Assembly (NCBI GenBank): GCA_964234715.1
Contig: OZ174288.1
Length of the DNA stretch: 64,000 nt
Direction: 5' to 3' (one strand)
Origin: Podarcis melisellensis
Lineage: Eukaryota
Shown here: positions 1 through 11,992 of the stretch, piece by piece
Numbering within the stretch: position 1 is the first letter of the stretch
Layout: each line of letters begins with the position of its first letter
Notes under the pieces: generated by a model
What the model saw: the letters and a program-made list of their open reading frames with translations, nothing else
Told to the model about the DNA's origin: nothing
Database searches by the model: none
Program-made: the position numbers and the translations under genes

Positions 1-5
1 CTTAC

Positions 6-133
6 CTGAGAAGAAACTTCCTCCATATCCACCGGTGTAAACCCAGGCGGTGTGGTCGTACCCCACGCCCCAGACTATGCCGCGGCTATTGCATTCAATC
101 ATTCGGAGATGTCCGCCTATCTGGCGCCAGAAC
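6..133 (-). CDS. TECPR1: TECPR1 coding exon 14 in window (second beta-propeller region); gene continues beyond position 1
   Basis: ctgcag|G TTC TGG... encodes FWRQIGGHLRMIECNSRGIVWGVGYDHTAWVYTGGYGGSFFS, donor gtaag at 5-1; matches the recalled human TECPR1 sequence. Confidence 0.95.
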
Positions 134-566
134 CTGCAGGACAAAAAAAAATCTGGTCAGCATTCCCCTAGGATACAGAACCATCTAAACCAGCCTTTCT
201 CAACCTGTGGGTTCCCAGATACTGTTGGACTACAACTCCCATCACCACTAGCTAGCAAGGCCAGAGCTCAGGGATGATGGGAGTTGTAGTCCAACAACAT
301 CTGGGGACCCACAGGTTGAGAACCACTCAAATCAATCCACCTATTCTATAAAAAAACATTTATTTTAGCAATTTTAGCCCATCCCTCCAACGAGTTCGGG
401 GAAGCACACCTGGCTCCCTCAATAGCCGTAAAACAACCTGTAAGGTAGGCTAAGGAGAGTGAGAGAGCCCTTTAATTGGCTAGGAAACCACCCCAGTAGA
501 GACCTCTGAGTTTGTTGGAACAAGTCTGGTCTTGTCCTCTGCTGGTAAATCAAAATTTGCCATGTA

Positions 567-826
567 CCGTATTTTTCGCTCTATAAGACGCACCAGAACA
601 CAAGAAGGCACCTAGTTTTTGGAGGAGGAAAACAAGAAAAAAAATATTCTGAATCTCAGAAGCCAGAACATCAAGAGGAATCGCTGCGCAGTGAAAGCAG
701 CAATCCCTCTTGCTGTTCTGGCTTCTGGGATAGCTGCGCAGCCTGCATTCGCTCCATAAGACGCACACACATTTCCCCTTACTTTTTAGGAGGGAAAAAG
801 TGAGTCTTATAGAGCAAAAAATACGG
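567..826. mobile_element. Tc1/mariner-superfamily (Tc2-like) MITE; further copies at 12300-12557 (inverted) and 17646-17902
   Basis: TA flanks, TIR CCGTATTTTT(C)GCTCTATAAGAC, three near-identical ~260-bp copies. Confidence 0.8.
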
Positions 827-924
827 TATTTGATTTCTGCCCCACCCAACCCGGCACAAAAAGGGCAAATTTGCAGCCACACATATAATCCATTAGCAAG
901 GGAGACTTATTAAAGCTTTCTTAC

Positions 925-1082
925 ATTTGGTCACATGGCGTTGGGTGTGTTGCTGCCTCCATGTCGGGACTTGGCTCACTAGCGAAGATGTCCCCTTTGC
1001 AGGTCACGGACCAGATGGCCTGATGGGAGGGGGGGCCCTGGATCTGCCGGCTTTCGCAGCAGGACATGCTCAGGAGAGCCAG
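925..1082 (-). CDS. TECPR1: TECPR1 coding exon 13
   Basis: LALLSMSCCESRQIQGPPSHQAIWSVTCKGDIFASEPSPDMEAATHPTPCDQ; AG/GT boundaries, 158 nt. Confidence 0.95.
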
Positions 1083-1328
1083 CTGGGAGGCACGACAGGA
1101 GGAAACATTTAGTCACGGGAACACCAGCAGTTTGAGCATTGCAGCTCCTTTAAAATACGAATCCAGATATGACACTATACATTTAAAGCAGGCCTGTCCA
1201 ACCGGAAGAAGCTCAACAACTCTGGTCAATAAAATGGGGAGATCACTGCCAGTTTATTTATAGTGGGAGTTGATCGCAATCTCTTGGAAATTGGGCACCC
1301 CTGATTTAAAGCATCCTACTATGTTATT

Positions 1329-1680
1329 GGGACGCAGGTGGCGCTGTGGGTTAAACCACAGAGCCTAGGACTTGCCGATCAGAAGGTCGGCGGTTCGAAT
1401 CCCCGCGATGGGGTGAGCTCCTGTTGCTCAGTCCCTGCTCCTGCCAACCTAGCAGTTTGAAAGCACGTCAAAGTGCAAGTAGATAAATAGGTACCGCTCC
1501 GGCGGGAAGGTAAACGGCGTTTCCATGCACTGCTCTGGTTCGCCAGAAGCGGCTTAGTCATGCTGGCCACATGACCCGGAAGCTGTACGCCGGCTCCTTC
1601 GGCCAATAAAGCGAGATGAGCGCTGCAACCCCAGAGTCATACACGACTGGACCTAATGGTCAGGGGTCCCTTTACCTTTT
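1329..1680 (+). mobile_element. Sauria SINE
   Basis: tRNA-like head with B box GGTTCGAATCC, BovB-like tail ending TTTACCTTT; near-identical to the copies at 10590 and 57426. Confidence 0.9.
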
Positions 1681-1854
1681 TACTACGTAATGGCTTTGCT
1701 TAAAGAATCACGGGAAGTGTAGTTTGCTAAGGGTGCTGTGAGTTGTTAGGAGGCCCCCAATTCCCCCTCACAGAGCCACAATTCCCAGAGTTTCCTGGAG
1801 AAGAGGGATGGATGGCTAACTGTAAAATTCTCAGAATGATTTAACCGTCTATCC

Positions 1855-1992
1855 CAGCCTCTCTAAACCTGTGGCCCCCCAGATGTTGTTGAACTACAAC
1901 TCCCATCATTCCTAGCTAGCAAGACCAGAGCTTAGGGATGATGGGAGTTGTAGTCCAACAACATCTGGGGACCCACAGGTTGAGAACCGCTG
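1855..1992. mobile_element. Hairpin hAT MITE; related copies at 191-327, 8501-8636, 11652-11776, 14185-14321 and others
   Basis: 8-bp TSD GTCTATCC, CAG...CTG termini, long internal palindrome; TSD TTCTAGAT at the 11652 copy. Confidence 0.85.
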
Positions 1993-2249
1993 GTCTATCC
2001 CTTTCCCCAGAGAACTCTGGGAATTGTGGGAACGAAAGGTCTAAACACCTCTCAACAGCCTCACTGAACTACGTTTCTTGGGATTCTCTGAGGGAAGCCA
2101 TGAGTGATAAAGTGGTATCATACTGCTTTAAATGTATAGTGCAGATGGGAGCTTTTTTTAAAAAGGCAATATTCAAATCTGATACACAAGGGATGAATTT
2201 AAAAACATGCCCTGTTGGATTTCAGCATGCATTTGGTCTTTGAACTCAC

Positions 2250-2399
2250 CCAGTCGTGCATCTCCTGTTCGGTGGCAGCTGCTAGTCGGATGGGCCAGCG
2301 CTGCTTGGTTTTTTCCGGCGTATACAGAGCGAAGGAATGTTTGGCCTCGTTCAGGATCTCAACCAGTATGGTGACTTCATTGAGGAACACATGGATGTA
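2250..2399 (-). CDS. TECPR1: TECPR1 coding exon 12 (PH domain, C-terminal half)
   Basis: YIHVFLNEVTILVEILNEAKHSFALYTPEKTKQRWPIRLAAATEQEMHDW; 150 nt, phase 0-0. Confidence 0.96.
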
Positions 2400-2404
2400 C
2401 TGGG

Positions 2405-2407
<3 letters not shown>

Positions 2408-2447
<40 letters not shown>
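2408..2447. repeat. (CA)20 microsatellite at a TECPR1 splice acceptor
   Basis: Read directly. Confidence 0.98.
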
Positions 2448-2449
<2 letters not shown>

Positions 2450-2534
2450 ATACAAGCTTTTTTAAACTGAGGAGAGCATTTAGTAACAACTGAATCTGGG
2501 AATTTTTAAAGAATCTGGTGGAAAGCACTGGATG

Positions 2535-2712
2535 AAGGGTCCTAGCTCAGTGGTGGAGCACCTGCTCTGCATGCAGAAGGTCCCAGGTTCAGTCCCCGGC
2601 ATCTCCAGGTAGGGTTGGAAAAGTCAGCAGTCTGGAATCTTATGGAGCCACTGCCTGCCAGTGTAGACAATACTGAACTAGACGGGCCTATGCTCAGGAA
2701 TCTGCCAATATA
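2535..2712 (+). mobile_element. tRNA-derived squamate SINE; similar copies at ~5395-5545, 23870-24000 (-) and 46243-46385
   Basis: A box TAGCTCAGTGG, B box GGTTCAGTCCC, non-tRNA body. Confidence 0.7.
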
Positions 2713-3374
2713 AGGCACATTCCCACGTTCCTCACATAGGAGGCCATCATCTAAGATGGTGCCTTGTACTCCAACATGTATTTGGATAACTAGAAATAAA
2801 AGTATCCTCCCCTTTCCAAATAGTTTTGTCATGTACAGTTGTAGCTTGGATTTTGAACAGCTCAGTTGCTGAACGTTTCGGCTCCCAAAAACTGGAAGTG
2901 AGTGTTCCAGTTTCCAAACTTTTTTTGGAAGCTGAATGTCCGACAGGGCTTCCAATTGGCTGCAGGAGCTTCCTGCAGCCAATCAGAAGCCACACTTTGG
3001 TTTCCGAACGTTTTGGAAGTCGAACGGACTTAAAAATGCTAAATGCTAATTTTAGCACAATGGAAGAGATATTAATATATAAGTTATATAGGCGTGAATG
3101 CTTCATGGAGGAGAAATTAAGAATTTGGCAATCGACCCATTTGAATGGTATTGAATCTGCTTATTATGCTGCTCATTAATTATATGAAGCAAACAACACA
3201 TGTTTCGGACATTTTCACAGAAACGTAGAGTACTGGAAACTTTTCTGGGGTGGGTAGGAAATCCATCTCAAATCACGTTATAAATTTGCAAAGCAAATCA
3301 GTGCATAAAATACGGACACAGTGCAGAGGGCTCGGTGTGGCTTCTCTAGAGAGAATATAGCCGCACGCCAGTAC

Positions 3375-3530
3375 CTTCTTCTCCTCGTAGTGCATGTAAT
3401 AGATGAATAGGATGCTGTCCCGTGTGCCGTCGTTCCCGGTGAACTGCTCGAGGGCCACTCGCACATCAACCCATCTGTAAGGCTTCCAGCTTCTCCACCA
3501 CTGCAAGGTTCCAGTTTTGACCCAGACAGA
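3375..3530 (-). CDS. TECPR1: TECPR1 coding exon 11 (PH domain, N-terminal half)
   Basis: SVWVKTGTLQWWRSWKPYRWVDVRVALEQFTGNDGTRDSILFIYYMHYEEKK; 156 nt. Confidence 0.96.
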
Positions 3531-3592
3531 CTGGAGAGGCAAAAATGAAATGAAATGAAAGCAATGCAATGGAATAAAACCACAACTACCCC

Positions 3593-3900
3593 AAACCTCT
3601 CCATTCTGAAGGAAATCAGCCCTGAGTGCTCCCTGGAAGGACAGATCCTGAAGCTGAGGCTCCAATACTTTGGACACCTCATGAGAAGAGAAGACTCCCT
3701 GGAAAAGACCCTGATGTTGGGAAAGATGGAGGGCACAAGGAGAAGGGGACGACGGAGGACGAGATGGTTGGACAGTGTTCTCGAAGCTACCAGCATGAGT
3801 TTGACCAAACTGCGGGAGGCAGTGGAAGACAGGAGTGCCTGGCGTGCTCTGGTCCATGGGGTCACAAAGAGTTGGACACGACTAAACAACACCACCACCC
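3593..3900 (+). mobile_element. RTE-BovB LINE 3' fragment
   Basis: SILKEISPECSLEGQILKLRLQYFGHLMRREDSLEKTLMLGKMEGTRRRGRRRTRWLD and 3' end GGGGTCACAAAGAGTTGGACACGACT with a short-repeat tail. Confidence 0.92.
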
Positions 3901-4436
3901 AACAGCAGCATTTAGGTGCAGAAGCCACAAGGGGGCCAAATACCTCTGCTCCCTTTCCCTCCATTGCTCCTTCTCTTTACTACAAACAGTAGCGGGCAGA
4001 AGGTTATACTACGGTGCTTGCGCAGAAAAAGCAGACAGAGATTTCCCCCCCTCCTTCTGGGGCCATCCAGCGAAGCTGGTGGGTGGAAGGTTCCAGACAA
4101 AAGTACTTATTTATGTTCTTGAACGATGGAATTTCTTGCCACAGGATGTGCTGATAGTGATCGACTTACACAACTTTAAAAGTAGGTTAGACAGGTCAAA
4201 TTCCTTTCGGCGCACCCATTGTCAGAATTGTAGGTTGTAAGCATCTTGAGGCATGGAACCTGATCCCCCCCACCGGGCCTCACTCTGTATGCTAGGGGTG
4301 GCAAACACATAGGTCCTAGAACCTCATGTGCCTCCAATCAATTTTTTTCTGGCCCTAAAGGGAATTCTACCTGCTTCTCCCCTCCTCCAAGACATGCCCC
4401 CATAACAGAGGTATAGTGGTATAGTCATGTTTACTA

Positions 4437-4910
4437 AAGTGGTACCTTGGGTTAAGAACGTAATTCGTTCTGGAGGTCCGTTCTTAACCTGAAACTGTTC
4501 TTAACCTGAGGTAGCACTTTAGTTAATGGGGCCTCCCGCTGCCACCGCATGACTTCTGTTCTCATTTTGAAGCAAATTCTTAACCTGAGGTACTATTTCT
4601 GGGTTAGCAGAGTCTGTAACCTGAAGTGTCTGTAACCTGAGGTACCACTGTACTATTACAGTCATACCTCAGGATGAATACGCTTCAGGTTAAGCATTTT
4701 CGGGTTGCGCTCTGCGGCAACCAGGAAGTAACAGAATGCGTTACTTCTGGGTTTCGCCGCTCGCGCATGCGCAGACACTCAAAATGACATCACCGGCATG
4801 CACAGAAGCGGCGAAATGCGACCCGCACATGGGCAGTCACGTGTTACGTTTACTTCAGGATGCGAACGGGGCTCTGGAACGGATCCCATTCGTATCCAGA
4901 TGTACCACTG
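4437..4910. mobile_element. Two adjacent Tigger-like MITEs (4437-4650 and 4659-4910)
   Basis: CAGTGGTAC...GTACCACTG-type termini, TA flanks. Confidence 0.75.
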
Positions 4911-5043
4911 TAATGTCAAAACTGCATGAAAAATGTAGTTTGGAGAGTTTTCAGCTCATCTCCAAGGTCCTTCAGAGTCCCTCAGCTTGCTCATTTTGAA
5001 AGTCAAAATGCAGGAAAAGATGGCAGCCCCTCTCCACGCTTAC

Positions 5044-5189
5044 CTGCTCGACAGCCTGTTCGTAGTGTCGGAAGTTCTCCACCTCCCGCCGAGTCCTTTC
5101 CGTGAGCTGCTGAAAGATCTGCTTCCGCCACACGGCAGTCTGTGCGGGGGTGATGGAGAGAGAGAGGGACTGCCCAGAAGAGGATAAGG
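5044..5189 (-). CDS. TECPR1: TECPR1 coding exon 10 (ATG5-interacting region, AIR)
   Basis: LSSSGQSLSLSITPAQTAVWRKQIFQQLTERTRREVENFRHYEQAVEQ; 146 nt. Confidence 0.96.
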
Positions 5190-6697
5190 CTACGGCAGAA
5201 AAGGAGGAGCACATAATTAAGGACTAGGCAACAGAACACCCAGAAGGCCTCAAGTTCAATCCCTGTCACTTTTGGTTCAAAAAGGACCAGGAAGTTGGTG
5301 ATGTGAAAACTTCTGCCTGAGGCCCTGGAGAGCCACCAGAAGTCAGGAGAGACAACACTGGCTTAGACAGGTAAGCAACTGCTTCCACCTGGGGAAGGAG
5401 AGCACCTCAATGTTAGAGCAACTGCCCTGCATGCAGGAGGTCCCAGGTTCAATGCCCAGGTACAGCTGGCAATGTTCCCTATCAGAAACTCAGGAGAGCT
5501 GCTGCCTGTCAGTGTAGACAATATGGAGCTAGATGGACCACCGAGAAAGCACATGGGTTTCTGGGAACTGTGAAAGGTGCCAGGAACTGTGGCTACCTGA
5601 GAGGTAAACTACAGTTCCCAGGATTCTCTAGGGGAAGCCAAGTACTTTATATGTTTGGCATGGATGTGAGGCAACATCGTACATCCCACCGCCACACACA
5701 AACTTCATTGCCCAAAATAGGTACCAAAGTTTGAGGTAGGGTTCCAAGACCAATTACTAGGATGAAGAGAAAAAACGTAGCACTATGTTTTATCAGAAGA
5801 CACTGTGTTGTTTCTCCAGATCATGGGCAGGCAAACTAAGGCCCGGGGGCCGGATCCGGCTCAATTGCCTTCTAAATCCTGTGGATGGTCTGGGAATCAG
5901 CGTGTTTTTACATGAGTAGAATGTGTGCTTTTATTTAAAATGCATCTCTGGGTTATTTGTGGGGCATAGGAATTTGTTCATTCTCCCCCCCTAAATATAG
6001 TCCGGCCCCCCACAAGATCTGAGGGACAGTGGACCAGCCCCCTGCTGAGAAAGATTGCTGATCCCAGCTCCAGATGTTACTGGACTACAACTCCCATCAG
6101 CCTCTACCACCATGCCTAACTATCAGGGATGATGGGAGCTGTAGTCCAACATCATCAAGGGACTCAACTCTGGAGAAGGCTAACTTAAAGCAAAGAGATA
6201 GCCGCACAAATGCCAGGAGTCTTGCAAATCTGAGGGAAAGGGGTCAGCCTTACTCATAGAGACTTGTCCAGGCTTCAGGCCTAGTTCTTATAAATGAATG
6301 AGACAGCAGACCCATGTCTGGAATATACACTTTCAGGCCACTTGTGAGGGTTCAATATTCCTTCACAAAAAGAAAAGAAGACCACACTAGCAGGTTGCCT
6401 AGAATCCATCTCCAGCAACATCTGGATAGTTTTCCTTGTATACTGAACTATTTTGTACTGAACAGTCATGTGAATTCCCATCTGCCGTCTTAAGTAGTAC
6501 AGGCCAGACACAGGTTTACCAGACACCGCTGCACATGAAACTTAGGTGTGTCTCAACGTTAAGTCTGTGACCAAAGGATAGAGATTTAAAAGTGGGATCT
6601 TACAGGGCTGGATCAATGGGAAGGAAGGACCATAGGGGAAGTGTATACATTCAGAAGGGGACATGGAGATGGTTCAAACACTGGAAATCTCCCCCAC

Positions 6698-7203
6698 CTG
6701 ACTGCACCGTGAACCACTTGAGGGAGCTGTGTGAATCCACAAAGCAGCCTCCACCACAGACCCAGGCCCACAACGGATGTTCGTCGGCCTCCAAATGATC
6801 CTCTATGCCAACGGACAACGTGCCAAAAGAGGACAGGCTGGATGCCTCAGCCGAGGCGCTTGCAGAGGCCGCAGCTGGTTTCTTGGCTTCCTTCAGGTCA
6901 ATGTTTGTCCACTGCAATTCGGCGGGTTGAGACTCTGGAACCAAGGCAGGTGCTTCTGGGACATCCGCCAGTCCTTTATCCACCACAGGGTTGGCTTCGT
7001 CAAGAGGGGATGGGACAAGATTCACAGCCGGTTCTGCGTCCGATTCCGGGGCCTGCGGGGGCTTGTTGTCACCTGCCGCACACCCAGGCAGGCAAACGTT
7101 TTCCAGAACCAGAGGTGCCTCAATATCAGACGGGAGGTCTCCATCACTTCGGAAGATGGAGTTGGTTTGTTCCTTGATGTCATCCGTGAAGAAACAGCCA
7201 GCA
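6698..7203 (-). CDS. TECPR1: TECPR1 coding exon 9 (acidic, probably disordered linker)
   Basis: AGCFFTDD...PAELQWTNIDLKEAKK...HPLWAWVCGGGCFVDSHSSLKWFTVQS; acceptor ccccaag, donor gtgggg; 506 nt, keeps the phase. Confidence 0.92.
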
Positions 7204-7290
7204 CTTGGGGAAAGGGTGAAGAGAAAGAGATTGCACCGGATCCAAGCCCGTTATCATTCAGTAGCAAGCTTGCCAAGCCAATTATATATA

Positions 7291-7505
7291 CAGTGGTACC
7301 TTGGGTTGTGAGCTTAATTCGTTCTGGAGGTCCGTTCTTAACCTGAAACTGTTCTTAACCTGAGGGACCACTTTAGCTAATGGGGCCTCCCGCTGCAGCA
7401 GCGTGATTTCTGTTCTCATCCTGAGGTAAAGTTCTTAACCCGAGGTACTATTTCTGGCTTAGCAGGGTCTGTAACCTGAAGTGTCTGTAACCCGAGGTAC
7501 CACTG
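7291..7505. mobile_element. Tigger-like MITE; same family at 28216-28457, 63584-63822 and the split copy 25511-26457
   Basis: TA|CAGTGGTACC...GGTACCACTG|TA. Confidence 0.85.
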
Positions 7506-7565
7506 TAGTAGAAGATTATGGTTTTCGTTGTTGTTAAAAGCACATTCTCAGGGTTTCTAAGTTAC

Positions 7566-7711
7566 CTGAGGAGACTTGTTGAGCTGCCAGTCTGCGATCG
7601 GTCACTATCTCGGCTGCAAACAATCGCTTTCCACGTTTTCCCACTCAGCTCACTTGGGGTGACGCCTTGGCGGAAATAAACGGCTCTGTCCTCACAGCTG
7701 ATCCCCCAGAC
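7566..7711 (-). CDS. TECPR1: TECPR1 coding exon 8
   Basis: VWGISCEDRAVYFRQGVTPSELSGKTWKAIVCSRDSDRSQTGSSTSLL; 146 nt. Confidence 0.96.
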
Positions 7712-8654
7712 CTAGACAGCGAGAGAGAGAGAGAAGATAAAGCAGAAATGTGTGTGAGAGTAAGAAAAATAGATGTTCAACTCCCTTGTGGCTGACATCA
7801 GAAAAGAAGTGGCTCCCAGTCATTGCGCTGTAGCAAGTAAGAGCAACTTTATTATTTGACACAATAATATTTATTTATCTGATATATTTATGTACTGCCT
7901 AATGCCAAAATAAGCTTCAAAGCAGTTTGCAGGTATGAAAATGCGAGCATGAAAACAAAGCAGCCATAATCAGAATACAAAACCAAAACATGGAATAAAA
8001 CAGCCCCATTTGAACACTGAAATATAAATAACCACAATTAAAATACACAGTGAAACGATCCCATTAAAACCACGCAGCAATTAAAACAGGAGACTCAGGC
8101 CGAGAAAAATGTTTGAGTTGACAGGTACCCCAAAAGATGATATGTAAAATAGAAAATGCAAAGATAATTAAAAATAAAATAGAAATAAACCAGATTAATG
8201 AAACCTCTGCACCTCTCCTTAGCAAATGCTTTGAATAAAATCTCTACAGATTTTAACCCTAAACTAAGTTGAGGGGATTGTTTTTCCTACACACCCAACT
8301 ACCTACGACCTCACCCTTTTAACCTGAGATGCAAGGCTGCAGAACCATGCAAGCTATGGTTCTGCTCATCCCGGTTCAGTTGTAGAAGAGTCAATCCTAT
8401 GAACGGGTTCAAAGTTTTTTTCTTTTTGCAGGCCTGGTTCAACTTCCAATGGGGCTAATGTTCCAGACCTGCTTGGATACCTACTCTGCTGCTTCTAAAG
8501 CAGGCACAGGCAAACTCCGGACCTCCAGATGGTTGGGACTACAATTCCCATCATCCCTAGCTAACAGGACCAGTGGTGAGGGATGATGGGAATTGTAGTC
8601 CCAAACACCTGGAGGGTCAGAGTTTGCCTATGCCTGTCCTAAAGGGAGCCTCAC

Positions 8655-8756
8655 CTGGTCATTCAAGCCGACGTTTACCATCACCATCTCGCCAACCATC
8701 TCGATCCAGCTGGTGCCGCAAGGATTGTGAGAGTTCACACCTCTTCTGAACCAGAC
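8655..8756 (-). CDS. TECPR1: TECPR1 coding exon 7
   Basis: VWFRRGVNSHNPCGTSWIEMVGEMVMVNVGLNDQ; 102 nt. Confidence 0.96.
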
Positions 8757-9343
8757 CTGAGGGGAGAATATCCAAATTACTGCTTGGTGGCTCCGGATTT
8801 GTCTACCAACTCTGTTCCCCTCCCCAATCGAACTCTGAAACTGGATTAAATTATGCAGAGTAGCAATACTCACATTCCTGAATTACTTTATAGGTTACAC
8901 AGAAAATGGCAACGGGCTCTGTTTGCAATACGCATTTAAGGGAGTAATCATACCACTTTATAAAGTCATGGCTTTCCCGCGAAATCCTGGGAACTGTAGT
9001 TTGTTAAGGGTGCTGAGAGATGTTAGGAGACCCCCGTTCCCCACAAAGAGTTAGAATTGCCGGAGTGTTTTAACAATTATTTCCTTTTCCCAGGAAACCA
9101 AGGGAACTGGATTAATAAATCACAGCAACATATAATGAAGATTCCCCAGTCTTTTTAAACGTGGAATAGGGGACAGGACAATTTTTTAAGGTACAAAGAT
9201 ACTGCCCTGGGTGATGGGGAATGGCTGACTGTTATCCTAAATTGTTGTTTTCAATTCCTCTCTTCTGTCACGAGGACTAGAAACATAGCCAGCACTAAAT
9301 GAAAGGAAACCTTAAACCACAATTGTGTCTCAAAGCTTCTTAC

Positions 9344-9444
9344 TTTTCGGTCTTTGGTAACTGCCCAAACAACATTCACACCCACTGACACATGTAAGAT
9401 TCCATTCTCTGGGACTGGAGGCTCCACAATCGTCCAAGAAATTC
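9344..9444 (-). CDS. TECPR1: TECPR1 coding exon 6
   Basis: ISWTIVEPPVPENGILHVSVGVNVVWAVTKDRK; 101 nt. Confidence 0.96.
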
Positions 9445-10589
9445 CTGTCAGAGGAAAAAGCAAGAGAACAATTTGAAACCCTAGTTCAGTCCCAAACAAA
9501 AAGAAAAATATGATGCTTTTATTTGCTTTTTACTTTGTAAATTTATGCCCTCAAGAAAAACGCGCTTTGGAAAGCAAGGGATACGAAATACACATCAAAC
9601 CATCAACAAAATGTGAACCTTGTGCTCCCTTGGGAAGAAGGGCAGGATATAAACTTAACAAAATAAAATAAACACCTGCAAATCCAAACCACTTAAAGAC
9701 ATCTCCTTCATAATCATAGTAATAAGCTGGCACAAAGGCAACAATAACCCATCATAAGTTAAGCACACAAAACCCAGAGCAAACTATTGTTTCTACACCT
9801 CAGTCCGTGGGTTTTAAAGGCCTCTTTGGAGCTACCGATGGATGGTGCCTGCCTCACTTGACGTGGGATTAAATACCACAACATTGGAGCCACCAGCAAA
9901 AAGGCCCTGTTCCCCAGGCAGACTGTCTTTCCAGGAGAGCACCTAATCAGGGTCTCTGAAGCAGATCTTAAGCTATGGACTTAAAAGCAGATGGCACCGG
10001 GAGGGTGAGGCGGCAGGGAGCTTGGCAAGGTTCATGCGCAGCAACGGAGCACCTGATTGGCTCCTCACCCTCCCGGTAACTGACAGATGTGTGGCGCTGG
10101 GAAGCCAGGTGAGCAACGAACGCTGCTACAGCCTTTAAGTCACCTGATCCTAAACAGTTCAGCGCTTGAAGGTCATGGTCAAAAGCCTCCCGTGACTGCA
10201 AATGTGTGGGATGTAATCCACTGGGAGCAGTCAAATACAACATTCCTTGTTTTGCTAGAGTGGACATGCAAGGGGATGTTTGGTCCAGCCAGTCAAAACT
10301 TCCTGTTCCTCGCATCCTTCCTCGCATGTGACTAGTGGGTGGGCGTGACCTTTCCAGACTTGGTAAAAGGACAAGGCATGCTGCCACTCTCTCTTATTTT
10401 CCATCTTCCTTTCGTCCTGCGAACTTCCCGGACTGCTAACTGCAGCCACTAAGTCAACCCACATATGGGGTAACCCTGTTTGTATATGCTTGTAACTTTA
10501 AGCCTTCAGCCTGCCTTCAGGGATCACACTGTGCTCTGCCTGATCGTGAGTAAACTATCTTTTTATTGCTTATGAATAAGACTGTGCTG

Positions 10590-10937
10590 AGACGCGGGTG
10601 GTGCTGTGGGTTAAACCACAGAGCCTAGGACTTGCTGATCATAAGGCTGGCAGTTCGAATCCCCGAGACGGGGTGAGCTCCCATTGCTCGGTCCCTGCTC
10701 CTGCCAACCTAGCAGTTCGAAAGCACGTCAAAATGCAAGTAGATAAATAGGTACCGCTCCGGCGGGAAGGAAAACGGTGTTTCTGTGCGCTGCTCTGGTT
10801 CGCCAGAAGCGGCTTAGTCATGCTGGCCAAATGACCCGGAAACTGTACGCTGGCTCCCTCGGCCAATAAAGCAAGATGAGTGCCGCAACCCCAGAGTCAG
10901 TCACGACTGGACCTAATGGTCAGGGGTCCCTTTACCT
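10590..10937 (+). mobile_element. Sauria SINE, full length
   Basis: 13-bp TSD TAAGACTGTGCTG (10577-10589 and 10938-10950). Confidence 0.93.
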
Positions 10938-11207
10938 TAAGACTGTGCTGTCTTTATTATTTTAGGAGGGATTCAAGGGGTCTTACCAGGAAAATATGAG
11001 AAGACATTTCAATCTGGACAAGCCAGCTTGAATTGCGTATTGTCTTAAGAAACTTACACGAGTTTGCAATGAGTTTTCTGCTGTGCGTGAGAAGGGGAAT
11101 GTAAACTCTGCTAAATAAAGGAATTTGCTCAAGCAAGTTAGGAAGGAGATTAATAAACAATATATCCTCTCCTAACACCCTGAACATTCCCACAAAATGG
11201 AGCTTAC

Positions 11208-11382
11208 CTTGAGGGTTGTTCCTGTCAATACCTTCCCTCACAATCGCCTGCCCTTCCCAAAGAGTTCCCCAGAGAAGGTCGTACGGCCCGCAGCTGATCT
11301 GGACAGCTTCACCAGGGGTAGCAATTAAAGACCACGAAGAACCTTCCGGATTGTGATGGCAGACGTCTTCCCTGTACCAGAC
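11208..11382 (-). CDS. TECPR1: TECPR1 coding exon 5
   Basis: VWYREDVCHHNPEGSSWSLIATPGEAVQISCGPYDLLWGTLWEGQAIVREGIDRNNPQ; 175 nt. Confidence 0.96.
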
Positions 11383-11992
11383 CTGAAGTGAGGGGGGAAA
11401 CGTGTAGCCTTCAGGAATGGCAACTGTTGATTTTATATGTTTGTCTATTTAATTTTGTATTTTATATAAATTTCCACCGTGCCCTTCCTCCCAAACGGGA
11501 GCCCAGAGCGGCAAATAACACCTGTAATTTAAAAAATAAAACAAAAACGTATTTAAAGTATTCTGCCTGCCCCTGCCTGCCAGAGGCTACTGCTGCAAAG
11601 TTGCCCTCATGGGTATGTATCTCTTGGGGAGGGATGAAAAAAGTTCTAGATCAGTGCTTCTTCAGCTGTTTTTGAACTACAACTCCCATCATCCCTAGCT
11701 AGCAAGACCAGTGGTCAGAGATGATGGGAATTGTAGTCCAAAAACAAATGGAGACCCAAAGGTTGGGAAACAACTGTTCTAGATTGTATCCAATACTACT
11801 CCAACTCAAAAGAAGACACACTGAAATTAATGAACCTAAAATGAGTTGTGTTCATTAGTTTCAATGGGTCTACACTGAGTAGGACCAGCACTGGCTAGAG
11901 CCCTCTGAATTCCTGATGCAGATCAGCTGATGGATGGATGGACTAACACTCTCTTGCCATACGCAAGAATCCCGAAGGCAAATAGGTGTTAC

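Noticed and set aside
2535-2612. tRNA gene
   Set aside because: The tRNA-like head runs into a SINE body, and related copies are scattered through the window.
3273-4240. Cluster of long overlapping ORFs
   Set aside because: Explained by the BovB fragment plus a TECPR1 exon read in other frames.
10085-11177. Possible LTR hosting the Sauria SINE
   Set aside because: LTR-like composition (TG start, AGTAAA, ...AACA end), but I could not find matching TSDs, so it is not called.
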